This document shows, one piece after another, positions 26,878 through 37,888 of a stretch of DNA of 64,000 nucleotides (position 1 is the stretch's first letter; every line of letters starts with the position of its first letter). The stretch comes from an uncultured Bacteroidota bacterium. Its GTDB lineage: Bacteria; Bacteroidota; Bacteroidia; Bacteroidales; UBA12481. The DNA lies in NCBI GenBank assembly GCA_903851365.1, contig CAINOB010000063.1, positions 21,675 through 85,674 on the forward strand. Direction: 5' to 3'. The notes below the pieces were generated by a model, which was not told the origin of the DNA, did no database searches, and worked only from the letters and a program-made list of their open reading frames with translations. Made by a program: the position numbers and the translations under genes.

Positions 26878-28239
26878 ATGAAAAAGGCTGAAAAAATATT
26901 TTCGCGAAGAAATTTCGTCCGGACCTCCGCAACCGGAATTATCGGGATCGCAGCGATGCCGACCATCCTTAACTCCTGCTCAAACTGGAAGGGCGCCAAC
27001 GACCGTGTCGCAGTTGCCCATATTGGTGTTGGATCCCGCGGCACCGATGAGATGGTGAGCTACTTCCTGCCAGTGAAAGATGCAATGAACATTGCTGTTG
27101 CCGACACATTTAGAGGTCGTCGGGAAAATGCAGTGCTGGTGATAAACAAGTATTATAAGGACAATAATATTGCCACGCCGGAATGCAAGCAATATCTGAA
27201 CTTCCAGGAAATACTGGATCGGAAGGATATCGATGCAGTTCATATTACCACTCCGGACCACTGGCATATTCCGGCGGCAATAATGGCTGCCCGCGCCGGA
27301 AAGCATATCATGCTGGCCAAACCGCTCGGACTGAGTTATCCTGATTTTATGATACTAAAAAAAGAGGTGACGCGCAAGGATGTCCATTTTCATTATGGCA
27401 CCCAGCAGAGAACCTCACCTCATATGCTGCTCGCCCGTGATATGATCGCCGAAGGGCTTCTCGGTGAAGTCGGAAGCGCCTATGTATGGGCTCCCGGTGG
27501 TGGTGGCGGGGTAAACCCAATATGCAATGAGGTACCGATACCCGATGGTTTTGATTTTGACCGCTGGTCAGGACCTGCACCTTTGAGACCCTACTGCCCG
27601 GAACGTGTAACTAACGTGGGCTCATGGTATACAAATGATTATAGTATTGGTTTCCTCGGAGGCTGGGGAGCGCATCCACTGGATATTCTTGTCTGGGGTG
27701 TAAAGGATAAAATCAGCGGTGCCTATTCATGCGAGGGAACCGGTCAGTTCTGGACAGGCGGACTCTACAACAATATTATGTCGTGGAACCTGAACCTTAA
27801 ATATAAAAATGGGTTTGAAGTGCATTTTGTCAGTGATGATGTTGCTGCCGCTGAAGCTGCAAAAGTCGGTGAGAAAAGATCGGGCGACGGCACAATGTTT
27901 TTTGGATCAAAAGGCTGGATCTCGGTGAGCCGGGGTTCCGCAAGTTCCAATATTCCGGAGATCCACGCAAAATTGAACGGTTTTGCCAAAAGCGGTCCCT
28001 ACATTCAGGGGGAAACCAACCTGATGGGCCAGGCTTTTATCGATGTGGTTAAAGGGAAAATAAAGGAACTCTGCCCGCTCGAAGAAGCTATTATTTCTGA
28101 TACAATCAGTCACATGGGCGATATTGCCATCCGCACGGGTCGAAAAATTAACTGGGATCCCATCCGAGGCGAAGTTGTTGGTGATACTGATGCCAATAGT
28201 TTGTTTGTCAGGGAATTGAGAGCTCCATATACTATTTGA
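26878..28239 (+). CDS. Gfo/Idh/MocA oxidoreductase with Tat signal
   Basis: SRRNFV twin-arginine signal, IGVGSRG, DAVHITTPDHWH, AKPL (variant of EKP), GTQQR and GWGAHPLD. Confidence 0.92.
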   Translation: MKKAEKIFSRRNFVRTSATGIIGIAAMPTILNSCSNWKGANDRVAVAHIGVGSRGTDEMVSYFLPVKDAMNIAVADTFRGRRENAVLVINKYYKDNNIATPECKQYLNFQEILDRKDIDAVHITTPDHWHIPAAIMAARAGKHIMLAKPLGLSYPDFMILKKEVTRKDVHFHYGTQQRTSPHMLLARDMIAEGLLGEVGSAYVWAPGGGGGVNPICNEVPIPDGFDFDRWSGPAPLRPYCPERVTNVGSWYTNDYSIGFLGGWGAHPLDILVWGVKDKISGAYSCEGTGQFWTGGLYNNIMSWNLNLKYKNGFEVHFVSDDVAAAEAAKVGEKRSGDGTMFFGSKGWISVSRGSASSNIPEIHAKLNGFAKSGPYIQGETNLMGQAFIDVVKGKIKELCPLEEAIISDTISHMGDIAIRTGRKINWDPIRGEVVGDTDANSLFVRELRAPYTI

Positions 28240-28281
28240 TGCCTGCACATTGAGCTCATGGACAAATATTAAAATCACAAA

Positions 28282-30492
28282 ATGAAAAGAAAATCAAAAT
28301 TGATGTTGACAATAATCCTTGCAGCCTTTGTGTTTCAGGGATTACTTGCCCAGAACAAGGATACCGGGATTCTCTATACAAATCCGGATAAGAGTATCGA
28401 AGTCAGGGTAAATGACCTGGTATCGAGAATGACCCTGGAGGAGAAAATTTCACAAATGCAGCACACGGCGCCTGCGATCGAACATCTGGGCATTCCGGCT
28501 TATAATTGGTGGAATGAGGCCTTGCACGGCGTGGCCCGTAATGGTATTGCAACGGTTTTTCCTCAGGCGATTGGCATGGCTGCAACCTGGGATACCGAAA
28601 TGATCAATCAGGAAGCAAAAATTATTTCCACCGAAGCACGCGCCAAGTATTACGAGGCGATTGGTAAAAATGAACATAAAATTTACCAGGGACTGACTTT
28701 CTGGTCCCCCAATATTAACATCTTCAGGGACCCGAGATGGGGCAGAGGGCAGGAAACTTATGGTGAGGATCCATACCTTACAGCTAGCATCGGGACTGCC
28801 TTTGTAAAAGGTATGCAGGGTGATAACGATAAGTATTTCAAGGTTATAGCAACAGCTAAACATTTTGCCGTGCATAGCGGACCCGAATCAACCCGACATA
28901 GCTTTGATGCCTGGCCTTCGGAGACGGACCTTTACGAGACCTATCTTCCTGCTTTTGAAGCGCTCGTTCGCGATGCCGGCGTTTATTCCTTTATGGGCGC
29001 CTATAACAGGGTTTACGGAACTCCGGCTTGTGCGAATGACTTGCTGCTCGAAAAAAACCTCAGGGCAAAGTGGGGCTTTAAAGGTTATGTGGTTTCAGAT
29101 TGCTGGGCTGTTTCGGATTTTTATAATGGACATAAATTTGTTCCGGATGCCGCAAAAGCAGCAGCTCTGGCCGTCAAGGCAGGGACCGACCTGTCGTGTG
29201 GCGGTGAATACGGTAAATTGAATGATGCGGTAAAGCTGGGATATATCAGCGAAGCAGAGATTGATGTATCTGTAAAAAGGCTGTTTACTGCAAGGATGAA
29301 GCTTGGTCTCTTCGATCCTCCAGAAATGGTGCCTTACTCTTCTATCCGGCCCTCGGCCAATAATACGGAAGAAAACAGGCAATTTGCCAGAAAAGTGGCT
29401 CGCGAAAGCATCGTTTTACTCAAGAATGAATCATCCGTTCTGCCAATATCAAAAAAGGTCAAATCCATTGCTGTGATTGGTCCTTATGCTGATGAGATAT
29501 CAGTCCTTCTGGGTAATTATAATGGCGATCCAACAAACCCGGTTACTATCCTTCAGGGAATAAAAAACCGGTCGGGGAAACAGCTGAAAGTCACTTATGC
29601 GATCGGCGTTGATCAGCCTGATAAGCTGGCTCAGGATACCAGCCTGGCCCGGAAACAAGAAACCAAGGTTGCTGAGGCTCTGAAGATCGCGTCACAGGCC
29701 GACATGGTACTTTTCGTTGGCGGAATTTCCCCAGACCTCGAGGGAGAGGAAATGCCTGTCAAAATTGATGGATTCAGTGGAGGCGACCGCACTCATCTGG
29801 ACATACCAAAAAATCAACAGACCTTGCTGGAGAAGATAGCTGCTTTGAAAAAGCCTGTAGTGCTGGTGCTTACAAACGGAAGTGCTCTTTCAATTAATTG
29901 GGCGAAACAGAATATTCCAGCAATTGTCGAATGCTGGTATCCGGGAGAAGAGGGTGGTAATGCCGTTGCCGATGTTCTGTTCGGGGATTATAATCCTGCC
30001 GGAAGATTGCCTCTTACCTATTATAAATCGATCAACGATATCCCCGCTTTTGATGATTACCGGATGGCTGGAAAAACTTACCGGTATTTCAAGGGAGAAC
30101 CTTTATATGCTTTCGGTTATGGACTCAGTTATACGAAATTTGATTATGCAGGATTTTCAGCTGCTTCGGCTTCCATTAAAGCCGGGGACCCCTTAAAATT
30201 AAGTGTCAAAATCGCCAATTCGGGAAAATTTGACGGGGATGAAGTGGTCCAGATTTATGGAGTTCAGCCTGGGACTGTCGCAACCCGTCCGGTTAAGTCA
30301 CTCGTGGCTTTCCGCCGGGTTAATCTGAAAAAAGGAGAGTCCAAAGTTGTGACCTTTGAAATTCCTCCTGTCCAGCTGCGTCATTATGAACCGAAAATTG
30401 GTGATTATGCTATTGCAAAAGGCCAGTTCGAATTTCAGGTTGGCGCTGCCTCGAATGATATCAGGGAAAATATAAAAATTGAAGTAAAATGA
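28282..30492 (+). CDS. GH3 beta-glucosidase/beta-xylosidase
   Basis: WWNEALHG, RDPRWGRGQETYGEDP, KHFA, nucleophile VVSDCW, EGEE and an FnIII-like C-terminal domain. Confidence 0.96.
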   Translation: MKRKSKLMLTIILAAFVFQGLLAQNKDTGILYTNPDKSIEVRVNDLVSRMTLEEKISQMQHTAPAIEHLGIPAYNWWNEALHGVARNGIATVFPQAIGMAATWDTEMINQEAKIISTEARAKYYEAIGKNEHKIYQGLTFWSPNINIFRDPRWGRGQETYGEDPYLTASIGTAFVKGMQGDNDKYFKVIATAKHFAVHSGPESTRHSFDAWPSETDLYETYLPAFEALVRDAGVYSFMGAYNRVYGTPACANDLLLEKNLRAKWGFKGYVVSDCWAVSDFYNGHKFVPDAAKAAALAVKAGTDLSCGGEYGKLNDAVKLGYISEAEIDVSVKRLFTARMKLGLFDPPEMVPYSSIRPSANNTEENRQFARKVARESIVLLKNESSVLPISKKVKSIAVIGPYADEISVLLGNYNGDPTNPVTILQGIKNRSGKQLKVTYAIGVDQPDKLAQDTSLARKQETKVAEALKIASQADMVLFVGGISPDLEGEEMPVKIDGFSGGDRTHLDIPKNQQTLLEKIAALKKPVVLVLTNGSALSINWAKQNIPAIVECWYPGEEGGNAVADVLFGDYNPAGRLPLTYYKSINDIPAFDDYRMAGKTYRYFKGEPLYAFGYGLSYTKFDYAGFSAASASIKAGDPLKLSVKIANSGKFDGDEVVQIYGVQPGTVATRPVKSLVAFRRVNLKKGESKVVTFEIPPVQLRHYEPKIGDYAIAKGQFEFQVGAASNDIRENIKIEVK

Positions 30493-30803
30493 CCCGAACT
30501 GCATTTAAAATGAAACTGAAACCCGGCTGCGAAGCCGAGTATAAAAAGCGTCATGATGAGATATGGCCTGAACTGGCCCAATTGATCAGGGAATCCGGGG
30601 TATCTGACTATTCGATATTCCTGGATGCTGAAACCAATATCCTGTTTGCAGTTCAGAAACAATCAGGCGAACAGGGTTCCCAGGACTTGGGCTCTAATCC
30701 CGTGGTTAGGAAATGGTGGAATTACATGGCTGACATCATGGAATCGAATCCTGATAATTCGCCTGTCACCATACCATTGAATGAAGTTTTTTACCTCGAA
30801 TAA
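30489..30803 (+). CDS. rhaM: L-rhamnose mutarotase
   Basis: AFKMKLKPG.EAEYKKRHDEIWPEL, YSIFLD and KWWNYMADIMESNPDNSP. Confidence 0.95.
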   Translation: MTRTAFKMKLKPGCEAEYKKRHDEIWPELAQLIRESGVSDYSIFLDAETNILFAVQKQSGEQGSQDLGSNPVVRKWWNYMADIMESNPDNSPVTIPLNEVFYLE

Positions 30804-30811
30804 ATAGCAAA

Positions 30812-31912
30812 ATGAATTCCAGAGAGCGTGTTTTGAGGGCTTTTGGAAAAGTTGGCGGATTACCAGACAGGGTTCCCATACAATTTGATTTGTGCAGACA
30901 ATTGGCCGATCATTTTGGCAAAAAGCTGAATGTGCCGGTGAATTATACGGACAATCTGTATGAGGATGTAACCTATCGTATCAGTGCCAATGAACTGAGG
31001 GTTGCCATGGGTAGCGATGTCGTTATCACAGGCGCTTCGGTATCCGATGATTTTAAAATTATCCCGGATAATGATGGTACCTGGCTGAATGAATATCAGA
31101 TGCGTATGAGGCAGGGCGATATCTATGTGGAGGTGGTTGGCTATCCATTGGCACACGCAGAGACCAAAGCGGATATCGATGCCTTTAAATTTCCAGATCC
31201 TGATGCCCCGGGACGGTATCGTGATGCTGAGGCATTGGTGAAAAAATTCCACCACGACTATCTGGTTTTCGGTGATATTGAAGTCACAGTTTTCTCTTTC
31301 GCGCATCAGCTTGTTGGGATGGAAAAACTCCTCATCGATATGATGATGGAAACGGAATATGTGATTCCGCTTTTTGAGGCATGCGCGGAGTTTCAAACAA
31401 AAGTAGGATTAAGACTGATCGAAAAAGGTGTGGATGCTATCTGGTTTGGCGATGATTTTGGCACCCAGGTGAGCCTGCTGATACCACCCGATATTTTCCG
31501 GAGCCAGCTGAAACCTATTTATACCAGGATGATCGACCGGTTCAAGAAAGCCAAGCCTGACATTATCCCAATCTTACATTGCGATGGCGCCGTGAGTGAT
31601 TTACTTGTCGACGTTTATGAGATGGGTTTCGAAGTGTTCAATCCGGTGCAACCCGGAGTTCCCGGCCATCTGCCAATGGATATGAAAAATAATTTCGGTG
31701 AGCTTTTCAGCTTCTGGGGAGCCATTGACCAGCAAGACCTTTTGCCTAAAGGTTCGGATGATGATCTCGAAAAGGATATCATGGAAAAAATCAGCATCCT
31801 CGGTAAAAATGGAGGTTACATGGTTGCTCCTGCCCATATCATTCAAAATGATGTGAGTCCGGAAAGAGTGGAGAAATTTATCAGCTTGTGTATGAAGCAT
31901 GGCAAGTATTAA
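30812..31912 (+). CDS. Uroporphyrinogen decarboxylase / MtaA-CmuA methyltransferase superfamily protein
   Basis: MNSRERVL..F....PDRVP, GVDAIWFGDDFGTQ, LHCDG, NPVQP, FWGAIDQQ and GGYMVAPAHIIQ. Confidence 0.9.
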   Translation: MNSRERVLRAFGKVGGLPDRVPIQFDLCRQLADHFGKKLNVPVNYTDNLYEDVTYRISANELRVAMGSDVVITGASVSDDFKIIPDNDGTWLNEYQMRMRQGDIYVEVVGYPLAHAETKADIDAFKFPDPDAPGRYRDAEALVKKFHHDYLVFGDIEVTVFSFAHQLVGMEKLLIDMMMETEYVIPLFEACAEFQTKVGLRLIEKGVDAIWFGDDFGTQVSLLIPPDIFRSQLKPIYTRMIDRFKKAKPDIIPILHCDGAVSDLLVDVYEMGFEVFNPVQPGVPGHLPMDMKNNFGELFSFWGAIDQQDLLPKGSDDDLEKDIMEKISILGKNGGYMVAPAHIIQNDVSPERVEKFISLCMKHGKY

Positions 31913-31921
31913 AATAAACTT

Positions 31922-33253
31922 GTGAAAAGGTTAATAATCTCATTGTTGGCTTTTATCCTGATAGCACAATTGTTTGGACAAAATCCGATTGTTCCTCCAG
32001 GCGTTTATATCGCGGATCCATCGGCGCACGTTTGGCCCGATGGTAAGCTATATATATATGGTTCCCGCGATGAAAGTCCTAAATACTACTGTTCATGGCG
32101 TCATGATGTCCTTTCCACATCAGATTTGAAAACCTGGACCATCACACCCAACGCTTTCGCCTCAAAAGGTGCTGGCGATGAAGTGTCTTACAGTGATGCC
32201 CCGCTCTATGCACCTGATTGTCAATATCGAAATGGAATATACTACCTTTTTTATTGCATTGCATCCGGTAAAAATACCGAAGGGGTGGCCACTTCAAAAT
32301 CACCTTTGGGGCCGTTTACGGGAGGAAAGCCCATCGATCTGAAAGGAATAAATGAAATTGACCCTTGCGTTTTTATCGATGATGATGGTCAGGCCTATTA
32401 TATCTGGGGACAATTCCAGGCAAAAGTCGCCAAAATGAAACCTGATTTGACGGAGATTGATCAGGCAACCATACATGATAATGTGGTTACCGAGAAAGAT
32501 CATTTCTTTCATGAGGGAGGCTATATGATTAAGCGTAATGGCATTTACTATTTTATTTATGCTGATATGAGCCGTTCCGGAAGGCCTACCTGTATTGGCT
32601 ATTCAACAGGAAAATCACCTTTCGGACCCTTTACATATGGAGGTGTTATTATTGATAATGACCGGTGCGATCCGGGTAACTGGAATAACCATGGATCGGT
32701 GGTGGAGTTCAAAGGGCAATGGTATGTGTTTTATCACCGGGCAACACATAACTCCTTTACCATGAGGAAAGCTTGTGTGGAACCGATTGAATTCAGGGCC
32801 GATGGGAGCATTAAAGAAGCTGAAATGACTACGCAGGGTGCATCCGGCCCGCTAAATCCACTGATAAAAATGGATGCTGAGCGTGCCTGTCTGCTGCATG
32901 GGAATGTAAGAATTCAAGCCTGTACTGTTGACAACGAAGTGCTTGCCGGAATAAAAAAAGATGATAAAGCAGCTTATAAATACTTTGATTTTGGCACCGG
33001 TGTCGATAGCCTGATCGTTCAGGTGGCTCCCGGAATGAATCCCGGCAAAATTGATGTTGCCATAGATACTCCCTGGGGGGAATCAATTGGAATAATTGAG
33101 GTTCCGGGTAACGGAGACGGTAAAATTCAGAAAACTTTGTCTTGTAAAATTATGGGTGCCAGTGGAGTGCATGCCATTTGGCTGAGGTTTTCAGGAAAAG
33201 GAGATGATGTTTTCAACGTAGATTGGTTCCAATTTAAACAGATTGATAAATGA
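31922..33253 (+). CDS. GH43 glycoside hydrolase with C-terminal CBM6
   Basis: IADPSA, LYAPD, IDPCVFIDDDG, FHEG and GNWNNHGS. C-terminal YKYFDFG...GVHAIWLRF...NVDWFQF. GTG start. Confidence 0.92.
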   Translation: MKRLIISLLAFILIAQLFGQNPIVPPGVYIADPSAHVWPDGKLYIYGSRDESPKYYCSWRHDVLSTSDLKTWTITPNAFASKGAGDEVSYSDAPLYAPDCQYRNGIYYLFYCIASGKNTEGVATSKSPLGPFTGGKPIDLKGINEIDPCVFIDDDGQAYYIWGQFQAKVAKMKPDLTEIDQATIHDNVVTEKDHFFHEGGYMIKRNGIYYFIYADMSRSGRPTCIGYSTGKSPFGPFTYGGVIIDNDRCDPGNWNNHGSVVEFKGQWYVFYHRATHNSFTMRKACVEPIEFRADGSIKEAEMTTQGASGPLNPLIKMDAERACLLHGNVRIQACTVDNEVLAGIKKDDKAAYKYFDFGTGVDSLIVQVAPGMNPGKIDVAIDTPWGESIGIIEVPGNGDGKIQKTLSCKIMGASGVHAIWLRFSGKGDDVFNVDWFQFKQIDK

Positions 33254-36200
33254 AACGATTATCAATAACCTCCGGTTTCAACCGGGGGATTGCCAATTCG
33301 ATACTGATTGCTATGCTGGTCATGGTGATTGCTGGATGCGGACAGCAGAAGTCGAAACCGGCAGCAAGTGGGCCAATGAATCCTCCAAACCGGGGCCAGC
33401 GAAAGGTAGTGGAGTACGGAGATCTGAAAACCGGTTTCAGTAGTCCGGATATGATCTATGCCCCGTTTATTTTCTGGTTTTGGGATGAACCACTGAACAC
33501 TGAAAAAATGGCTGAAATGGCTAGGGTGATGGTTTCTCAAGGCTTTAATCCGGGATATACTCATGCACGGAATTCTATGGTTGGAACGCCGGATCTGCCT
33601 TCTGATCAGTGGCTTGGCGATAAATGGTTCAGTTCATTTTCTGCAGCACTTGCGGAAGCCGAAGAGAAAAAGAGCTATCTGGGATTCTGCGATGAGTACT
33701 GGTGGCCGAGTTTTCAGGCAAACGGCCGTGTGCTTAAGCAGCATCCGGAGCTGAAAGCAGAATCACTGAACTGGCAAACAATTGATGCTGCAGAAGGCAC
33801 TGAAGTGAAAGTCCCGGCCTCTTATTTTGCCGTAGCGGCTCAACTGGCAGAACCGGTAGCTGCTCCTCCCGCGCAACCAAAATTTGGTCAATGGATATGG
33901 AATCCGGAGGCAAAGGAAATCAAGCATCGCTGCTGGTTCAGGAATACATTTGAGATCCCGGCGGGAAGATCAGTAAAACAGGCATTACTAAGGATGACGG
34001 CCGACAATGGATTTATTTTATATGTCAATGGAAAGAAAGCTGCAGAAAGTTCCAACTGGGAAAAGACGGTAAAGACTGACCTTGCAACTTTAATAATCCC
34101 CGGAAAAAATCTACTGGCAGCCGAATGCAGTAACCTCGATGGGAAATTTGGTTTTATCGGAGGCCTCTTGATCACATTGGACGATGGATCGGTGCTGGAA
34201 GTCAAAACGGATAAAACCTGGATGACGTCGCTGAAGTCGATAAAGGATTGGGAAATTGCCGGATTGGAAAATACCACTGCCTGGGTGCCGGCTAAAGAAT
34301 TTGGCAATCCCGGCGACAATCCATGGTCCATGATCAATAATGCCGAACCTTTTATCCCAGCAATTATCTCCAGTAAATCATTGCAGATAATCGGCGCGGG
34401 AGAGGCCTTTTCCTGGAAAGTCCCGACCGGTGGAATGTGGAGGATCTATACATTCAATAAATACTCCCAGAGCGGAGTGGATGGTGGCGCGGTCAATGCC
34501 ATCGACAACCGGCTTGCCGGGGCTTTCATCAAAATTGCCCTGGAGCCTTATGCTCAAAGGCTGGGTGACAAACTTGGAAAATCAATTCCGGGTGATTTTA
34601 TCGATCATGAGGGGGATTACGGCAGAAAACTGGCCTGGTCAAATACGCTCGACAGTTGTTATAAAGCTCGTTACGGCAGTGATATCCGTTTGGTTCTTCC
34701 GCTGATGGTGAACACGGATGCCGAGGGTAAGTATGCCAAAGCACGCTGGGAATGGTTCGATATGGTTTCGGATCTGTATGCTGCCAACTTTCGCGCTGTG
34801 ACCGACTGGCACGAGAAACGCGGAATGTATACCACTGCCCACGTTTGGGAAGAGGGCATCCCGATGCAGGTGAGCACGGTGGGCGATCATATGAAAATCC
34901 TGCGTTCTGTTACCATGCCAGGGCAGGACTGTCTGGGTGCGAAGGCTATACAGGTTCATGATTTTAAGGAGATTGAATCAGTGGCGGAATTTCAGAACAG
35001 CAGGGCAACCACGGAATTAATGGGCGCCGGAGTTTTTGGTAATGCCGGCAATGGCAGTGGACAGGCAATGCCCTGGGGAACATTCAACCCTGTATTTCTC
35101 AAGCAGGCAGTGAATGCTGTTACGGCATGGGGCATGAGCCATATTATTCCTCACGGAGTTTTTACGACCCGAAAGCTTACCGGAAATCCCTGGCCACCCG
35201 ACTGGTATTCTGAAAGCCCGATGTTTCCCTGGATGCATATCTGGACAGATTTTGTGCGTCGTTCAAGCTATGTAAACTCAATGGGAAGCCTTGCTCCCGA
35301 AGTTTTGCTCTATAATCCGATGGAGTCAGCATGGATCAATACACATGCCGGCATGCTCGATAACGGGGTTTGGGATATTCTTGAAGGAAGAAATGACGCA
35401 AACCGCACTCAGCTGATAAATGCCTCTTATTGTGATGCCATCAATGACCTTACCGATGCGAGAATTGAGTTTTTGGTAGGCGACCGGTACTACCTGAAGC
35501 AGATGAAGGTTAAAAAAGGAACGCTGGTGCTGCGTGATTTTGTTTTCAGCACCATGATTCTTCCTCCGCTGGATATTCTGACTCTCGACGCCGCACGGAA
35601 AATTCTTGATTTCACCAAAGCGGGTGGTCATGTGTATTCTTTGGGAGAGCTGCCGGGAGCCTCGGCAGAAAATGGGATGAACGACCCGAAAATGAAGAAG
35701 ATGATGGATCAGTTAAAGTCGGAGGCAACATTTACCGCTTGCAATGAAAACCTGAAATCAATGCTTGAAAAGGGTCCTGCAGGATTAGTAAGCCGCATGA
35801 CCTTTTACTCAGGTTCTTTTCCGATGCTGCAGCAACACCGCCGTATCGATGGAAAGGATTTTTTCTGGCTGGTAAACAATAACGAAAAAGCCGAAGCATG
35901 CGAACTTTCCGTTTCCGGTGTTAAGGGAGCCGCATCTATCTGGAATTGCGAAACCGGTTCAATAACCCCGGTTTCCTCGGTTGACACTGAAAACGGAAGT
36001 AAAATCAAGCTGAGCTTTAAACCTCTTGAAGCATACTGGCTGGTTTTTGATTCGGAATTACCTGTAAATTCAGTGGCTGTAACTTCATCTCCCGAAAGTT
36101 TAATTACACTTACCGGCACCTGGGAAGTGACCTTTAATGCCGGGATTCAACCGGTCATGGAATTCCCGTCGACGCCGCCTGCAGCATTTATCAAGGGCCT

Positions 36201-36531
36201 GGAAAAACCGCTGGAAGACTGGAAAACCTGGCATCTCGAGAAATTCAGCGGCCTGATGGATTACACGAAAACTATTAATATTGAAAAGGTTGACAAGCAA
36301 ATGTTTATCGATCTTGGTAAGGTTTGTCACGTGGCTGAAGTATGGATAAACGGACAATCTGTGGGTTCCAGAATGTGGGGTCCATATGTGTTCGATATCT
36401 CAGCTGCTATAAAATCAGGAAAGAATGAGATCCGGGTAAGGGTAGCCAACCTGATCAATAATAGTTACGGAGACATGCAACCATCAGGATTGATGGGCCC
36501 TGTGCTGCTTATGACAAAAACATCGTTGTAA
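33250..36531 (+). CDS. GH106-like glycoside hydrolase lipoprotein with CBM67-like insertion and GH2-type sugar-binding C-terminal domain
   Basis: VIAGC lipobox, PFIFWFW, DEYWWPS, FIDHE and PGQDCL. Insertion WIW...WFRNTF...TADNGFILYVNG. C-terminal IDLGKV..VAEVWING...PSGLMGPV. Confidence 0.75.
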   Translation: MKRLSITSGFNRGIANSILIAMLVMVIAGCGQQKSKPAASGPMNPPNRGQRKVVEYGDLKTGFSSPDMIYAPFIFWFWDEPLNTEKMAEMARVMVSQGFNPGYTHARNSMVGTPDLPSDQWLGDKWFSSFSAALAEAEEKKSYLGFCDEYWWPSFQANGRVLKQHPELKAESLNWQTIDAAEGTEVKVPASYFAVAAQLAEPVAAPPAQPKFGQWIWNPEAKEIKHRCWFRNTFEIPAGRSVKQALLRMTADNGFILYVNGKKAAESSNWEKTVKTDLATLIIPGKNLLAAECSNLDGKFGFIGGLLITLDDGSVLEVKTDKTWMTSLKSIKDWEIAGLENTTAWVPAKEFGNPGDNPWSMINNAEPFIPAIISSKSLQIIGAGEAFSWKVPTGGMWRIYTFNKYSQSGVDGGAVNAIDNRLAGAFIKIALEPYAQRLGDKLGKSIPGDFIDHEGDYGRKLAWSNTLDSCYKARYGSDIRLVLPLMVNTDAEGKYAKARWEWFDMVSDLYAANFRAVTDWHEKRGMYTTAHVWEEGIPMQVSTVGDHMKILRSVTMPGQDCLGAKAIQVHDFKEIESVAEFQNSRATTELMGAGVFGNAGNGSGQAMPWGTFNPVFLKQAVNAVTAWGMSHIIPHGVFTTRKLTGNPWPPDWYSESPMFPWMHIWTDFVRRSSYVNSMGSLAPEVLLYNPMESAWINTHAGMLDNGVWDILEGRNDANRTQLINASYCDAINDLTDARIEFLVGDRYYLKQMKVKKGTLVLRDFVFSTMILPPLDILTLDAARKILDFTKAGGHVYSLGELPGASAENGMNDPKMKKMMDQLKSEATFTACNENLKSMLEKGPAGLVSRMTFYSGSFPMLQQHRRIDGKDFFWLVNNNEKAEACELSVSGVKGAASIWNCETGSITPVSSVDTENGSKIKLSFKPLEAYWLVFDSELPVNSVAVTSSPESLITLTGTWEVTFNAGIQPVMEFPSTPPAAFIKGLEKPLEDWKTWHLEKFSGLMDYTKTINIEKVDKQMFIDLGKVCHVAEVWINGQSVGSRMWGPYVFDISAAIKSGKNEIRVRVANLINNSYGDMQPSGLMGPVLLMTKTSL

Positions 36532-36559
36532 AGTGCATTCAATAAAATAATTTCTTGGG

Positions 36560-37888
36560 ATGAAGAATAAAGCAAACACTAAAGTATTTACCTGGTCAAT
36601 TATAGTAGCTCTCGGCGGTTTCCTTTTTGGCTTCGATACTGCGGTTATTTCCGGAGTGGAAAAGCAAATACAGGAACTCTTTCAATTGTCATCATTCTGG
36701 CATGGATTTACTATTTCTTCAGCCTTAATGGGTACAGTGCTCGGAGCGCTGATTTCCGGCCGACCTTCTGACCGTTATGGCCGCCGTCCGGTTTTGTTTA
36801 TCATAGCTGGTTTGTATGTATTAACCGCTGTGGGGAGCGCTACCGCCGGTAGCGTGTCCTGGTTTATAATTTTCCGGTTCCTTGGAGGGATTGGTGTTGG
36901 CGCCTCGTCAGTCGTTGCCCCGACGTATATAGCAGAGATCTCACCTGCAAAAATCAGGGGTCGCATGACTGCACTCTTTCAGTTTAATGTGATTTTCGGT
37001 ATCCTGATGGCATTTATTTCCAATTATCTGCTCCGCGATGTGGGTCATGACCCATGGAGATGGATGCTCGGTGTCGCCGGATTTCCTGCATTTATGTATT
37101 TCTGCCTCCTGTTTATTATTCCTGAGAGCCCGAGATTCCTTATCAAGATTGGACAAATAGATAAAGCCAGAGCGATCCTAAAAAAAATCGAAATATCTGC
37201 TATTGAGGAAGAAATTGCAGAAATCAAGCAGAGCCTGGTAAAGTCGACCGAGCGAGCCGTCAGCCTGTTTTCCCGTATGTATTTTAAACCGATTTCCGTC
37301 GCTTTTCTGGTTGCCATGTTTAATCAATTTTCCGGAATCAACGCAATCCTTTATTATGCACCACGGATATTCGAAATGAGCGGCCTATCAAATGCTGATT
37401 CTATGTTCCAGTCGATTCTCGTAGGAATAACAAATGGAATTTTTACGATCCTTGGAATGATACTTATTGATCGGGTAGGCCGGCGTAAGCTGTTGATCGT
37501 CGGATCGATAGGTATGTCGATATGCCTCGGACTTATCGCCAGAACATTCTATGTACAAAGCTTTTCGGGATACGGACTCCTGATATTCCTGCTGATATAC
37601 ATTATGTTTTTCGCCTTCTCCACTGGTGCGGTAATCTGGGTTTTAATCGCTGAAATATTTCCGAATCGTGTTCGTGGAAAAGGCCAGTCACTGGGAAGTT
37701 TTACCCATTGGTTCTTTGCTGCACTGATTACTTTTTTATTTCCAGTGGTAGAAAAAGCATTTCAATTCGGGGTCGCTTATTCATTTACATTTTTCTCCAT
37801 CATGATGGTCGTTCAGGTGATTGTGGTATGGCGATATTTCCCGGAAACAAAAGGTAGAACTCTCGAAGATATCGGAGAAAATATATGA
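36560..37888 (+). CDS. Sugar porter family MFS transporter
   Basis: GGFLFGFDTAVISG, DRYGRR, YIAEISP, PESPRFL, NQFSGINAILYYAP and PETKGRTLE. Confidence 0.96.
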   Translation: MKNKANTKVFTWSIIVALGGFLFGFDTAVISGVEKQIQELFQLSSFWHGFTISSALMGTVLGALISGRPSDRYGRRPVLFIIAGLYVLTAVGSATAGSVSWFIIFRFLGGIGVGASSVVAPTYIAEISPAKIRGRMTALFQFNVIFGILMAFISNYLLRDVGHDPWRWMLGVAGFPAFMYFCLLFIIPESPRFLIKIGQIDKARAILKKIEISAIEEEIAEIKQSLVKSTERAVSLFSRMYFKPISVAFLVAMFNQFSGINAILYYAPRIFEMSGLSNADSMFQSILVGITNGIFTILGMILIDRVGRRKLLIVGSIGMSICLGLIARTFYVQSFSGYGLLIFLLIYIMFFAFSTGAVIWVLIAEIFPNRVRGKGQSLGSFTHWFFAALITFLFPVVEKAFQFGVAYSFTFFSIMMVVQVIVVWRYFPETKGRTLEDIGENI

